Shown here: positions 1-9,036 of the stretch, in pieces
Numbering within the stretch: the stretch's first letter is position 1
Layout: each line of letters starts with the position of its first letter
Assembly: GCF_000039765.1 (NCBI RefSeq)
Contig: NC_004459.3
Span: forward strand, 2,511,127-2,543,126
DNA length: 32,000 nt
From: Vibrio vulnificus CMCP6
GTDB taxonomy: Bacteria; Pseudomonadota; Gammaproteobacteria; Enterobacterales; Vibrionaceae
Direction: 5' to 3'
Made by a program: the position numbers and the translations under genes
The notes under the pieces: model-generated
The model's database searches: none
Seen by the model: only the letters and a program-made list of their open reading frames with translations
Told to the model about the DNA's origin: nothing

Positions 1-1
1 C

Positions 2-457
2 TTACACTTATGCAAAAGAAAAGATAAGCCTAAGATTGATGTAGACATGAATTACTGCTTTGTTAATGTTTCTAGTGGTGACGGTTTGGCTTTGGCTTTG
101 AACGTTAAAAATACTGGATTGCGCAAAGTAACAATCAATTCATACGCGTGGAAATATAAGCTTCCAAGATCTTTACCAATCTCAATTTCGACCTTTCATA
201 TGCAAAATGAGCTAAACTCTTTATCCACCTCTTTGCCAGCAAAGTTAGAAGAGGGGGAAAAAGCAGTGTTTCTCAATAAATATGATGTGTTAAGTAGTGC
301 AGGATTCCTAAATAATCATAATAAATTTATGGCGTGGCTTGCTGTACAACGTATGAAGGTCCAAATCGATTGCACAACCTTTGAGTATGAAATCCCATTG
401 CCTAGACCTCAAAAACAGGATCTCTGGAGAGCTTACTTGGAAGCAAAAAAAATATAA
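2..457 (+). CDS. hypothetical protein, 3' part of an ORF open to the left window edge (track lists 47..457)
   Basis: Frame remains open upstream of the ATG at 47 (LHLCKRKDKPKIDVDM...), stops at 457, directly followed by attC. Confidence 0.6.
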   Translation, partial: LHLCKRKDKPKIDVDMNYCFVNVSSGDGLALALNVKNTGLRKVTINSYAWKYKLPRSLPISISTFHMQNELNSLSTSLPAKLEEGEKAVFLNKYDVLSSAGFLNNHNKFMAWLAVQRMKVQIDCTTFEYEIPLPRPQKQDLWRAYLEAKKI

Positions 458-577
458 CAAATTGTTCAAGAGTGATTCGGCACGCGTGGCATTTTTACTA
501 TGCGTTAGTTTTAGTGGTTAAGGTGGTATGCGGGAGCTTCGGTATTGCGTGCCTCACACCTTAACAAGGCGTTAACT
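452..577 (+). repeat. attC site 1 (VCR-like)
   Basis: ATATAAC...CACACCTTAACAAGGC GTTAACT. Confidence 0.9.
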
Positions 578-918
578 GGCGCAGAAAATACGAAAGCACA
601 TTGATACGGTTTCTAGGTTCGGAGGTTTAGCGTGTTCGGTCGGTTTCCTTAGCTGAGGTAATGCGACTAATTTCAGTTTGGTACTTAAGTTTACTGATGT
701 GAAAGGCGGCATAAAGCCTTCTAATAATATAAGGCGTTCGCGATTAGTTCGGCGCACTTACATCGCCGAAGTATGGTGTTGTGAGACGCATTTCAAACTA
801 AAGATCAACGGTATTTTTTTTGTTAAACACATATTTGAGTTAGCTTTGCTAATCATTAATTAGCAAAACGAGCTTTGGCGAAAGTGGCTGAAAAATCGGC
901 GAAAACTGAAAGGCGCTC

Positions 919-1044
919 AGTTAACAAACTGTTCAAGAGGGATTCGCAACGCGTGGCATCTTCACTATGCGTTGGTTTAAGTGATTAAGGTGGTATGCGG
1001 CGGCATTGGTATTGCGTTGCTCACCCCTTAACAGGGCGTTATGT
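919..1044 (+). repeat. attC site 2 (VCR-like)
   Basis: AGTTAAC AAACTGTTC...TTAACAGGGC GTTATGT. Confidence 0.93.
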
Positions 1045-1664
1045 ACTTTATTGGAATATTGAACTTTATGGATGATAGCTTAGCAACTTGGCGTCAATAC
1101 TACGAAAAATCATTGTTACGCCCCCACAATTCGCGCACTGAAATCGCAATTGAGTTGAATCAGTCTGGACTGCAAACCGCTGTCGATTGCGGTTGTGGAA
1201 CGGGAAGTGAGATAGCGTATCTAGAGCAGCAAGGTTATCAGGTGTATGGCTTTGATATTAACCCAGACTCTGTTGCGATATGTTCTGAAAGGTTTAGTTC
1301 CAAACCACTGGTTAAACTTTCAGAGTGTTCATTTGAGTCTTTCAAATATCCTTCTGCTGGTATAGTGATAGCAAACTCAAGTTTGTTCTTTGCTGACCCG
1401 CTAGAGTTTAAAAATACATGGCGTAAAATTGCCTCTTCTATTGCGGTTGGTGGTGTCTTTGTCGGTGATTTTATGGGGCCCAGAGATAGTTGGGCAACGA
1501 ATTATCGTTTACCTACGGCGCCGTTGAGTAAAAAACAAGTTGAGCTCTTGTTTAAAGAGTTTGAAATAGTCAGTTTCAAAGAGCGTGATGAGCCTGGCGC
1601 AACAAGGATTGGATATCCTAAGCATTGGCATATCTTTTCAGTGATTGCCGTAAAACGTACATAA
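1041..1664 (+). CDS. class I SAM-dependent methyltransferase
   Basis: Motif I-like VDCGCGTGSEIAYLEQQGYQVYGFDIN; fills the cassette; ATG overlaps R' of the upstream attC. Confidence 0.85.
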   Translation: MYFIGILNFMDDSLATWRQYYEKSLLRPHNSRTEIAIELNQSGLQTAVDCGCGTGSEIAYLEQQGYQVYGFDINPDSVAICSERFSSKPLVKLSECSFESFKYPSAGIVIANSSLFFADPLEFKNTWRKIASSIAVGGVFVGDFMGPRDSWATNYRLPTAPLSKKQVELLFKEFEIVSFKERDEPGATRIGYPKHWHIFSVIAVKRT

Positions 1665-1785
1665 CAAGGCGTTCAAGAGGGATTCATGCCGCGTGGCATT
1701 TTTAGTATGCGGTTAGTTTTAGTGGTGAAAGTGGTTTGCAGAAAGCTGGTTTAAGCGGCATTCACCCCTTAACGCAGCGTTATGC
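1659..1785 (+). repeat. attC site 3 (VCR-like)
   Basis: ACATAAC AAGGCGTTC...TTAACGCAGC GTTATGC. Confidence 0.95.
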
Positions 1786-1824
1786 TTACAATCAAATTTT
1801 TATTAACTAAGGTTGTTTAACAAT

Positions 1825-2262
1825 ATGAAAAATATAGCAATACTGACACTATCTTCTCTAATGCTCTTTTCTTCTTACACTTTTGCTAGAGATGATATTG
1901 GCTCATATTCCATAGAAAACGCTCTGAGCTCAGAGGCCGCAAAAAACAAGCTAGGTACAGATGTAAAGTTTTACTTTGGAGAACAGAAATTTCCTAAAGT
2001 TGTGGCAGAGTTTGGCGAGTTCAAAACGAACAAAAAGACAAATGCATTTAATAAAACAGATGAAGAGGCGTGTAACTGGGTCTTTTTGTCGGCCATGATA
2101 GTACTGAAAGAAAGAGCAATCAAAGAAGGTGGTAACGCGGTCGTTGATATCAAATCCAACTACAAAAACAACCTAACTTCAAGCGTTGACACTTTTCAAT
2201 GTGGTGCTGGGACAATGGTCGCTGGCGTTGCATTGACGGGTAAAGTCGTGAAGCTAAAGTAA
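1825..2262 (+). CDS. exported hypothetical protein, resembles a family often annotated as excinuclease ABC subunit A-like/YbjQ-like
   Basis: Signal peptide MKNIAILTLSSLMLFSSYTFA; ERAIKEGGNAVVDIKSNY segment; ATG internal to the track ORF starting at 1813. Confidence 0.65.
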   Translation: MKNIAILTLSSLMLFSSYTFARDDIGSYSIENALSSEAAKNKLGTDVKFYFGEQKFPKVVAEFGEFKTNKKTNAFNKTDEEACNWVFLSAMIVLKERAIKEGGNAVVDIKSNYKNNLTSSVDTFQCGAGTMVAGVALTGKVVKLK

Positions 2263-2389
2263 GCATAACAAGGCGTTCAAGAGGGACTTGGCACGCGTGG
2301 CATTTTCAATTTGCGTCGGTTTTGGTGGTTAAGGTGTTATGCGGTCACTTTTGTATTGCGTGCCTGCGCCCCTTAACGCGGCGTTATGC
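2263..2389 (+). repeat. attC site 4 (VCR-like)
   Basis: GCATAAC...TTAACGCGGC GTTATGC. Confidence 0.95.
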
Positions 2390-2854
2390 TTAATCAAATA
2401 AAATCAGTGGTTTATGGTTTTTCTTTGCTCCCTTAGCTTTTCTGTTTGGTGCTTGTCGGTAAGTTGACTTCATTGGGCGCTGTTTTTCGGACACTTATTC
2501 TTTGGCGTTGGAAGTTCAGAGAATTGCCTCAATCAATTCTCGGGCAAGCGCGAGGTTAGGGCAGTTGGCTCAATCAGAACTTTGAACTTAGGTTTTTGAG
2601 TTTAAGCAGCCAAATTTTAAAGTCTGATTTTCAAAACTATGAGTCATTTCGGTTTTCTGTGTTTTGGCTTTTGTGTGTAAATCAAAGTCGAGTTAATCTT
2701 GGTTCTATTAAAACGTAACCCATTGAAGCTTAAGCATAACAAGGCGTTCAAGAGGGATTCATGCCGCGTGGCATTTTTGGTATGCGGTGAGTTTTGGTGG
2801 TGAAGGTGGTCTGCGGAAAGTTGGTTTAGGCGGCACTCACCCCTTAACGCAGCG
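2384..2854 (+). repeat. ORF-poor repeated cassette, subfamily A copy 1
   Basis: Starts TTATGCTTAATCAAATAAAATCAGTGG, ends TTGAAGCTTAAGCATAAC+attC; near-identical to other A copies. Confidence 0.9.
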
Positions 2855-2860
2855 TTATGC
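2734..2860 (+). repeat. attC site 5 (VCR-like)
   Basis: GCATAAC AAGGCGTTC...TTAACGCAGC GTTATGC. Confidence 0.95.
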
Positions 2861-3325
2861 TTAATCACGTAAAATCAGTGGTTTATGGTTTTCTTTGTTC
2901 CCTCGGCTACTTGGTTTCGAGTTTGTCGGCAAGTTAGCTTCATTGGGCGCTCTTTTCTGGACACTCATTCTTTGGCGCTGAAAATTCAGAGAATTGCCTC
3001 AATCAATTTTCGGGTAAGCACGAGGTTAGGGCAGTTGGCTCAATCAGAACTTTGAACTTAGGTTTTTGAGTTTTAGCAGCCAAATTTCCAAGCCTGATTT
3101 TCAAAAATTATGAGTCATTTCGGTTTTCTACATTTTGGCTTTTGTTTGTAAATCAAAGTCGAGTTAATCTTGTTTCCAGAAAAACGTAACCCATTGAAGC
3201 TTAAGCATAACAAGGCGTTCAAGAGGGATTCATGCCGCGTGGCATTTTTGGTATGCGGCGAGTTTTGGTGGTGAAAGTGGTCTGCGGAAAGTTGGTTTAG
3301 GCGGCACTCACCCCTTAACGCGGCG
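2855..3325 (+). repeat. ORF-poor repeated cassette, subfamily A copy 2
   Basis: TTATGCTTAATCACGTAAAATCAGTGG...TTAAGCATAAC; tandem with copies 1 and 3. Confidence 0.9.
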
Positions 3326-3331
3326 TTATGC
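3205..3331 (+). repeat. attC site 6 (VCR-like)
   Basis: GCATAAC...TTAACGCGGC GTTATGC. Confidence 0.95.
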
Positions 3332-3802
3332 TTAATCACCTAAAATCAGTGGTTTATGGTTTTTCTTTGTTCCCTCGGCTTGTTAGTTTCGAGTTTGTCG
3401 GCAAGTTGGCTTTTTTGAACGCTGCTTTTCGGACACTTATTCTGTGGCGCTGGAAATTCAGAGAATTGCCTCATTCAATTCTCGGGCAAGCGCGAGGTTG
3501 GGGCGGTGGCTCAATCAGAAATCCATTTCTAGGCTTTCAAACTTCAAACTAGATTTGCCAAAATTCCTAACCTGAATATCAAAACTATGATTCATTTCAG
3601 TTTTCTAAGTTTTGGCTTTTGTTTCTGAATCAAAGTCGAGTTAATCTTGTTCCCAGAAAAACGTAACCCATTGAAGCTTAAGCATAACAAAGCGTTTAAG
3701 TGGGATTTGGCACGCGTGGCATTTTCGGTTTGCGTTGGGTTCGGTGATTAAGTCGCTGTGCGGTAGCTTTTGTATTGCGTGCCTGCACCCCTTAACGCGG
3801 CG
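3326..3802 (+). repeat. ORF-poor repeated cassette, subfamily A copy 3
   Basis: TTATGCTTAATCACC...TTAAGCATAAC. Confidence 0.9.
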
Positions 3803-3808
3803 TTATAT
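3682..3808 (+). repeat. attC site 7 (VCR-like)
   Basis: GCATAAC AAAGCGTTT...TTAACGCGGC GTTATAT. Confidence 0.94.
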
Positions 3809-3834
3809 TTTTAATCAATTTTCGAGTCGAAATC

Positions 3835-4299
3835 ATGGATGAAAGAAGTAGAGTTTACCTGGAACAATATCTGAACTCTTTACCTGATGAGGTCGCTTCC
3901 AAATACACTTCGTTCAGCTCAGACTATTTCTGTGCAGATGAACACAATGCTAATCTCTGTGCCGAGTTAATCCTTCGTGGTGAAAAGCGTGCATCATGCA
4001 GCTTAGACTATTGGTACAGTGAAAAAGGCGAGCCAATGCCGGTTGTTGGACACCTTCAAGTCGTGACAAATTGGGATGGTATACCGATTTGTATTATAGA
4101 AATGACGTCTGTAACCAAGCAAAAATACAGCGAAGTAACACCGGAGTTCGCTGCTTTAGAAGGTGAGGGTGACAAGACTCTGGCTTGGTGGCGAGAGGCG
4201 CATTGGAACTTCTTCTCAAAAGAGTGCGTAGTGTTAGGAATATCACCGTCGGAAGATATGTTGCTGGTACTAGAGCAGTTCAAAGTAGTGTGCAAATAA
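3835..4299 (+). CDS. ASCH domain-containing protein
   Basis: AELILRGEKRASCSL, GHLQVVTNWDGIPICIIEMTSV and the EGEGDKTLAWWREAHWNFF block typical of ASCH proteins. Confidence 0.85.
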   Translation: MDERSRVYLEQYLNSLPDEVASKYTSFSSDYFCADEHNANLCAELILRGEKRASCSLDYWYSEKGEPMPVVGHLQVVTNWDGIPICIIEMTSVTKQKYSEVTPEFAALEGEGDKTLAWWREAHWNFFSKECVVLGISPSEDMLLVLEQFKVVCK

Positions 4300-4301
4300 A
4301 A

Positions 4302-4428
4302 ATATAACAAGGCGTTCAAGAGGGATTCATGCCGCGTGGCATTTGTGGTAAACAGTGAGTTTTAGTGGTGAAAGTGGTCTGCGGAAGGTTGGTCTAGGCG
4401 GCATTCACCCCTTAACGCAGCGTTATGT
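4302..4428 (+). repeat. attC site 8 (VCR-like)
   Basis: ATATAAC...TTAACGCAGC GTTATGT. Confidence 0.95.
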
Positions 4429-4894
4429 TTAATCACGTAAAATCAGTTGTTTGCACTCTTTTTTGTTCACGTAGCTTTCAAGTTTTTCCCTTGTCGGCAA
4501 GCTAACTTCAGTGGTCGCTGTTTTCTGGACTCCTATTCGCGGGCGCGAAAAATTCGGAGAACTGCCTCATTGAAGTCCAGTGTGTTGGCGAGGAGAGTGA
4601 GGTGTTCTCAATTCCAAAGTTAGAGTTCCAGTTTTCGGTTTTTCACGCTAAAACTCAATGTTAGTAAAATCAAATTTATGAGTTAATTCAGTTTTTTAGC
4701 TTCTGGTTTTGGTTTTCAACGGTAAGTCGAGTTAAGCTCTTGGTATCGTAAAACTTAATCCTTTGAGTCTTAAACATAACAAGGCGTTCAAGAGGGATTC
4801 ATGCCGCGTGGCATTTTTGGTATGCGGTGAGTTTTGATGGTGAAAGTGGTCTGCGGAAAGCTGGTTTATGCGGCATTCACCCCTTAACGCAGCG
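4423..4894 (+). repeat. ORF-poor repeated cassette, subfamily B copy 1
   Basis: TTATGTTTAATCACGTAAAATCAGTTG...CTTAAACATAAC. Confidence 0.88.
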
Positions 4895-4900
4895 TTAGTT
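4774..4900 (+). repeat. attC site 9 (VCR-like)
   Basis: ACATAAC...TTAACGCAGC GTTAGTT. Confidence 0.95.
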
Positions 4901-4935
4901 GCTAGAAGATAAATTCGTATCAAAGGAGAAGCAAA

Positions 4936-5169
4936 GTGGTACATGCTTACGGCGCTGAGGAAACAAAAGCGTTCTGTTGTAACTGCAAAAAAGTTACGGT
5001 TCATAAGTATGAGAGCTTTTCAAAAACAGAACCTAAAACTGAAGCAAGAGGTTTCTTTTCTGGGTTATTTGCTGCAATAGCAAGTGCTTTGATGGAAGGT
5101 GAGCCAACAGGTGATTATAAATGTAAGGTTTGTGGCACCAACCTTAGCACGCCAGACTACTTGGACTAA
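4936..5169 (+). CDS. small zinc-ribbon protein
   Basis: Two CxxC knuckles (CCNCKK, CKVCG); AGGAG upstream of a GTG start. Confidence 0.65.
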   Translation: MVHAYGAEETKAFCCNCKKVTVHKYESFSKTEPKTEARGFFSGLFAAIASALMEGEPTGDYKCKVCGTNLSTPDYLD

Positions 5170-5194
5170 GTTCTTTGGCAAACATCAGCTGCGC

Positions 5195-5321
5195 AACTAA
5201 CAAGGCGTTCAAGTGGGATTCATGCCGCGTGGCATTTTTGGTATGCGGTTGGTTTTGGTGGTGAAAGTGGTTTGCGGGAAGTTGGTTTGTGCGGCATTCA
5301 CCCCTTAACGCGGCGTTATGC
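5195..5321 (+). repeat. attC site 10 (VCR-like)
   Basis: AACTAAC...TTAACGCGGC GTTATGC. Confidence 0.94.
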
Positions 5322-5350
5322 GCTAATTGGAAAAATGACAGGAGTTAACA

Positions 5351-5710
5351 ATGAATCAGCATGAAAAGCTCAATTATGTAGAATTTGCAGCGAAAGACTT
5401 GGAGTCAACGAAGGCATTCTTTTCAAAGGTTTTTGGCTGGAGCTTTGTTGACTATGGGCCTGAATACGCAGCTTTTTCAAATGAAGGTTTAGATGGTGGT
5501 TTTTTCAAATCTGAGCATTCTAGTCGTACTGAAAATGGTGGCGCACTCTTAGTTTTCTTTAGTTCAGATATTGAAAGCACATTGGATAAAGTTGTGAAAA
5601 ATGGCGGCGATATCATCCGTCCAATCTTTGAGTTTCCTGGTGGTTGTCGTTTTCATTTTGTAGAGCCAGGTGGCAATGAATTTGCTGTTTGGTCTGAAGC
5701 ACGCGCATAA
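5351..5710 (+). CDS. VOC (glyoxalase/bleomycin resistance-like) family protein
   Basis: LNYVEFAAKDLESTKAFFSKVFGWSF...PGGCRFHFVEPGGNEFAVW. Confidence 0.9.
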   Translation: MNQHEKLNYVEFAAKDLESTKAFFSKVFGWSFVDYGPEYAAFSNEGLDGGFFKSEHSSRTENGGALLVFFSSDIESTLDKVVKNGGDIIRPIFEFPGGCRFHFVEPGGNEFAVWSEARA

Positions 5711-5831
5711 CAAGGCGTTCAAGAGGGATTCATGCCGCGTGGCATTTTTGGTATGCAGTGGTTTTTGGTGTTGAAAGTGGTCTGCGGAAAGTTGGTTTAT
5801 GCGGCATTCACCCCTTAACGCAGCGTTATGT
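5705..5831 (+). repeat. attC site 11 (VCR-like)
   Basis: GCATAAC...TTAACGCAGC GTTATGT. Confidence 0.95.
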
Positions 5832-5833
5832 GA

Positions 5834-6358
5834 ATGGAGCTCATCTTGAAAATATCAGTCGTCAAAAGTGGTGAAATTGAGGCGTATGAAGCGTCACTTA
5901 ATGCACATCTAAACTCAGTTTTTGGTCAAGATTCTACAGTTAATTTTAACCAAGAATTCGTTTGTGCAGTTCTCATTGAAGACGATAGTCAGATTGTTGC
6001 TACCGGTTTTGCTTATAGCCGGTTAATGTCACAGGGCTCCATCAACTTCAAAGCAGGCATAGTTGGCGGTATAGCGGTTGCAGCAAATAAGCGTGGTCTG
6101 GGTTTAGCCAAGGTTATCGTAAAAGAACTGGATAAATACTTGGTGTCTTTTGGTGTAACTCATTCTTTTCTCTTCGCTTATGAGCCAGATGTATATCGAA
6201 GTTCAGGGTATTCAGAGTTAGTTTGTCCTATTCATTACTACGATATGCAGCAGAAAAATTGGAACGAGTTTGTCTACCGTGGAGGCATGGTTAAAGCTTA
6301 CAATGTTGGTCACGCTCTAAGCAATCAAGTTATTGAGTTTAATGGTTGTGTGTATTGA
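5834..6358 (+). CDS. GNAT family N-acetyltransferase
   Basis: GIVGGIAVAANKRGLGLAKVIVKELDKYL acetyl-CoA loop; FLFAYEPDVYRSSGYSEL. Confidence 0.85.
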   Translation: MELILKISVVKSGEIEAYEASLNAHLNSVFGQDSTVNFNQEFVCAVLIEDDSQIVATGFAYSRLMSQGSINFKAGIVGGIAVAANKRGLGLAKVIVKELDKYLVSFGVTHSFLFAYEPDVYRSSGYSELVCPIHYYDMQQKNWNEFVYRGGMVKAYNVGHALSNQVIEFNGCVY

Positions 6359-6375
6359 GCGCGCTGGAAAAATTC

Positions 6376-6502
6376 ACATAACAAGGCGTTCAAGAGGGAT
6401 TCATGCCGCTTGGCATTTTTGGTATGCGGTGAGTTTTGGTGGTGAAAGTGATCTGCGGAAAGTTGGTTTGAGCGGCACTCACCCCTTAACGCAGCGTTAT
6501 GT
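6376..6502 (+). repeat. attC site 12 (VCR-like)
   Basis: ACATAAC...TTAACGCAGC GTTATGT. Confidence 0.95.
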
Positions 6503-6528
6503 GCTAGGGAAAGAAATCAGGTTTGGTG

Positions 6529-7062
6529 ATGAAAAGAATTAATGTAATAGGTACAAGTGGTAGTGGTAAAAGTACTTTCAGTCGCCAACTTGCTAGCAAG
6601 CTTAAATACCCATATTTGGAAATGGATGCGATATTTTGGAAGCCAAATTGGCAAGAGTCTACAGATGAAGAGTTCTACGCAAATCTAACTGAGAGTCTAA
6701 GTGGCGAACATTGGGTGCTTGATGGTAACTATAGCCGGACAGCCGAAATCAAATGGGCTAGGGCTGACACCATCATTTGGGTGGACTATTCCTTTTCTAG
6801 GACGTTATTTCAAGCTGTGAAACGAGCGTTAACTCGTATTGTGACTAAACAGGAACTGTGGGGTAAAACGGGCAATGTTGAGTCATTCAAAAAGTCGTTT
6901 CTTAGCAAAGATTCGATTATTCTCTGGACATTGAAAACGTATAAAACAAATCGTATTCGTTATACAGAGTTACTTAATGACCCGAGGTATAGCCACATAA
7001 AGTTCGTTAGAGTAACTAGCCCGAAAAAGGCTAGGGTGTTCATCGATGAGCTGCGCACATAA
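6529..7062 (+). CDS. P-loop nucleotide kinase, adenylate kinase/FlaR-like
   Basis: Walker A GTSGSGKST near the N-terminus; YPYLEMDAIFWKPNW; WVLDGNY. Confidence 0.85.
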   Translation: MKRINVIGTSGSGKSTFSRQLASKLKYPYLEMDAIFWKPNWQESTDEEFYANLTESLSGEHWVLDGNYSRTAEIKWARADTIIWVDYSFSRTLFQAVKRALTRIVTKQELWGKTGNVESFKKSFLSKDSIILWTLKTYKTNRIRYTELLNDPRYSHIKFVRVTSPKKARVFIDELRT

Positions 7063-7183
7063 CAAGGCGTTTAAGAGGGATTCATGCCGCGTGGCATTTT
7101 TGGTATGCAGTGAGTTTTTGTGGTGAAAGTGGTCTGCGGAAAGCTGTTTTAGGCGGCACTCACCCCTTAACGCAGCGTTATGT
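7057..7183 (+). repeat. attC site 13 (VCR-like)
   Basis: ACATAAC...TTAACGCAGC GTTATGT. Confidence 0.95.
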
Positions 7184-7594
7184 GCTAAGTGTGCAAACAT
7201 TCCTTTACTAATAAATTAAAGGGGCTTTAGGCAGAGGTATTGTGGGAAAATTAATTGATATTGTCTGTTAATTGCGCTTGCATATGGTGATTAATGTCAC
7301 ATTTCTGAATTAAAAAAGAGCTAGATTTTAGTCTGTTTTTTGATGATTTTTTCATCTATCAATTTGTTTTAGGTGAAAAAAAACCTCAGAACAGACGCTG
7401 ATTTTTGTTTAGAGTACCACCTTGTTGTCTAAATACCAAGTTAGTTATTTCCCGAGTTATGTAGCTATATAACGCCCTATTAAGGGGTCGTTGTGCTCGA
7501 TCGTTTTTCTGTCCATTGGTTCCTGCGTAGTTGACCAAAAGGGATGTTTTCACTAATTTTGAAACCGAGATTAGAGCTTTAGTAAGGAATTGAT

Positions 7595-7765
7595 ATGAAA
7601 GGTAATGTTGACAGTGAGAGGCGTCGTTTGATTGAGAAAAGCATCAAACTAAACCCAACCCAGCAGGGATCGGATTGCTACTTGAGGAACATTTCTTTAA
7701 GCGCATTGATCAAATCCACTTTGGTTGGGGTAGCCGCTATTATTTGGGCTTTATCGCATTTCTAG
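7595..7765 (+). CDS. 56-aa predicted small membrane protein (absent from the ORF track)
   Basis: AAGGAA upstream of ATG; MKGNVDSERRRLIEKSIKLNPTQQGSDCYLRNISLSALIKSTLVGVAAIIWALSHF*; one C-terminal hydrophobic segment. Confidence 0.55.
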   Translation: MKGNVDSERRRLIEKSIKLNPTQQGSDCYLRNISLSALIKSTLVGVAAIIWALSHF

Positions 7766-7793
7766 GTTTTCTAGCTAGGCAAGTGTAGATAGC

Positions 7794-7921
7794 ACATAAC
7801 AAAGCATTTAAGAGTGATTCCCAACGCTTGGCATTTTCAGTTCAAGGTTGGGTTTCGTGTTTAAGGCGCAATGGTTCAGGTTTGGTGGTAGCGTTGCTCA
7901 CACCTTAATGCGGCGTTAGCT
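7794..7921 (+). repeat. attC site 14
   Basis: ACATAAC AAAGCATTT...CTTAATGCGGC GTTAGCT. Confidence 0.93.
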
Positions 7922-7959
7922 GTTTTCGTCAAGTTTAGTAATTTAGTTAAAGGATAAAT

Positions 7960-8859
7960 ATGTACAACTTAATAATTGGGTATACAGGACCGAGTGAGAG
8001 CGAGAATGAAGTTATTGTTTCTGCTTCAAGGTTTCTCGAATACACTGACTCTGAAACGCAAATGCGATACAGAAACTTGAACGCAGATAATGTCCGAGAG
8101 CTAAAAGACTTCCCTGCACTATTTTTGCAAGAACATTGCCCTGATGGAGCTTTTGTAGCCAACATCACTAATATCACTCGTTCATATAGAGATTATAAAA
8201 TTACGTTTGAAAGAGATGATAGCTATGGTGTAATCCCGAAAGAAACAATAGAAGACTTGGCTATTGAGTTAGGCATCGAGGAATTTGAGTTCTATCGAAC
8301 GCATTGGGCAGTCAAAAGCTCAAACTTGGCAAATATCTTAAGTCCCATCGAAACTCCAGTCCGTCCTACTTCACCAGTTGAATTCGAAGCTGAAAACCTA
8401 CCGCCAGAGGACGGTTCTAGTTTTAATAAGAACCAAGTATTCATAGTGCATGGGCATGACGAACACGCCAAGAACGATGTTAAAGCATACGTTGAATCTA
8501 AAGGTTTAGAGCCAATAATTCTTCATCTACAGGCTAGTGGTGGAAGAACTATCATTGAGAAGATTGACCACTATAGTAATGTTGGATTTGGTATCGTTCT
8601 TTATACTGAATGTGACCTAGGAGCTAAAAGGGATACTTTGAGCTTTAAATGGAGAGCTCGTCAAAACGTAGTTTTTGAACATGGCTACCTCATTGCAAAA
8701 CTATCGAGAGAAAGAGTGGCAGCCTTAGTTAAAGGTTCTGTTGAAACCCCAAATGATATTAGTGGGGTTGTTTACGTTTCTATGGATGCTGCGGGAACGT
8801 GGAAAGATGAGTTAGATGCAGAGTTACGCAACGCTGGGTATGAGATTCCAAACAGCTAA
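7960..8859 (+). CDS. predicted nucleotide-binding protein with C-terminal TIR-like domain (PF10137-like)
   Basis: QVFIVHGHDEHAKNDVKAYVESKGLEPIILHLQASGGRTIIEKIDHYSNVGFGIVLYTECDLGA...RARQNVVFEHGYLIAKLSRERVAALVKG. Confidence 0.88.
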   Translation: MYNLIIGYTGPSESENEVIVSASRFLEYTDSETQMRYRNLNADNVRELKDFPALFLQEHCPDGAFVANITNITRSYRDYKITFERDDSYGVIPKETIEDLAIELGIEEFEFYRTHWAVKSSNLANILSPIETPVRPTSPVEFEAENLPPEDGSSFNKNQVFIVHGHDEHAKNDVKAYVESKGLEPIILHLQASGGRTIIEKIDHYSNVGFGIVLYTECDLGAKRDTLSFKWRARQNVVFEHGYLIAKLSRERVAALVKGSVETPNDISGVVYVSMDAAGTWKDELDAELRNAGYEIPNS

Positions 8860-8979
8860 CAAACTGTTTAAGAGTGATTCGCAACGCGTGGCATTTTTAC
8901 TATGCGTTGCGTTTAGTGTTTAAGGCGATATGCGGCGGCTTCGGTATTGCGTTGCTCACACCTTAACAGGGCGTTATGT
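8854..8979 (+). repeat. attC site 15
   Basis: AGCTAAC AAACTGTTT...TTAACAGGGC GTTATGT. Confidence 0.94.
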
Positions 8980-9036
8980 GTTCTTCCAACACCAGCGTAT
9001 CTACTGGTGTTGGAGCCTAGAAAGACAGCGTCAGTT

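Noticed and set aside
678-863. 61-aa + strand ORF (and 572..757 minus)
   Set aside because: TTG start, no Shine-Dalgarno, low-complexity C-terminus; not supported as a gene.
2644-2868. Recurrent minus-strand ORFs of 60-90 aa starting MIKHNAALRGECR... (also 3115, 4732, 6970, 12354, 16470, 17465, 20874)
   Set aside because: Their conserved N-terminal part is simply the reverse translation of attC sites, with extension into cassette bodies. No ribosome-binding site or independent coding signal, so treated as attC artefacts.
3328-3552. 74-aa + ORF MLNHLKSVVYGFSLFP...
   Set aside because: Begins in the R' core and reads a frame different from the one kept in sister copies; likely fortuitous.
6333-6542. 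69-aa + ORF spanning attC 12
   Set aside because: Mostly attC sequence overlapping the end of the GNAT gene and start of the kinase gene.
7960-8859. Complete CBASS/Pycsar/Thoeris operon around the TIR-like gene
   Set aside because: No cyclase, SIR2 or sensor gene in neighbouring cassettes; only a single-gene candidate is supported.
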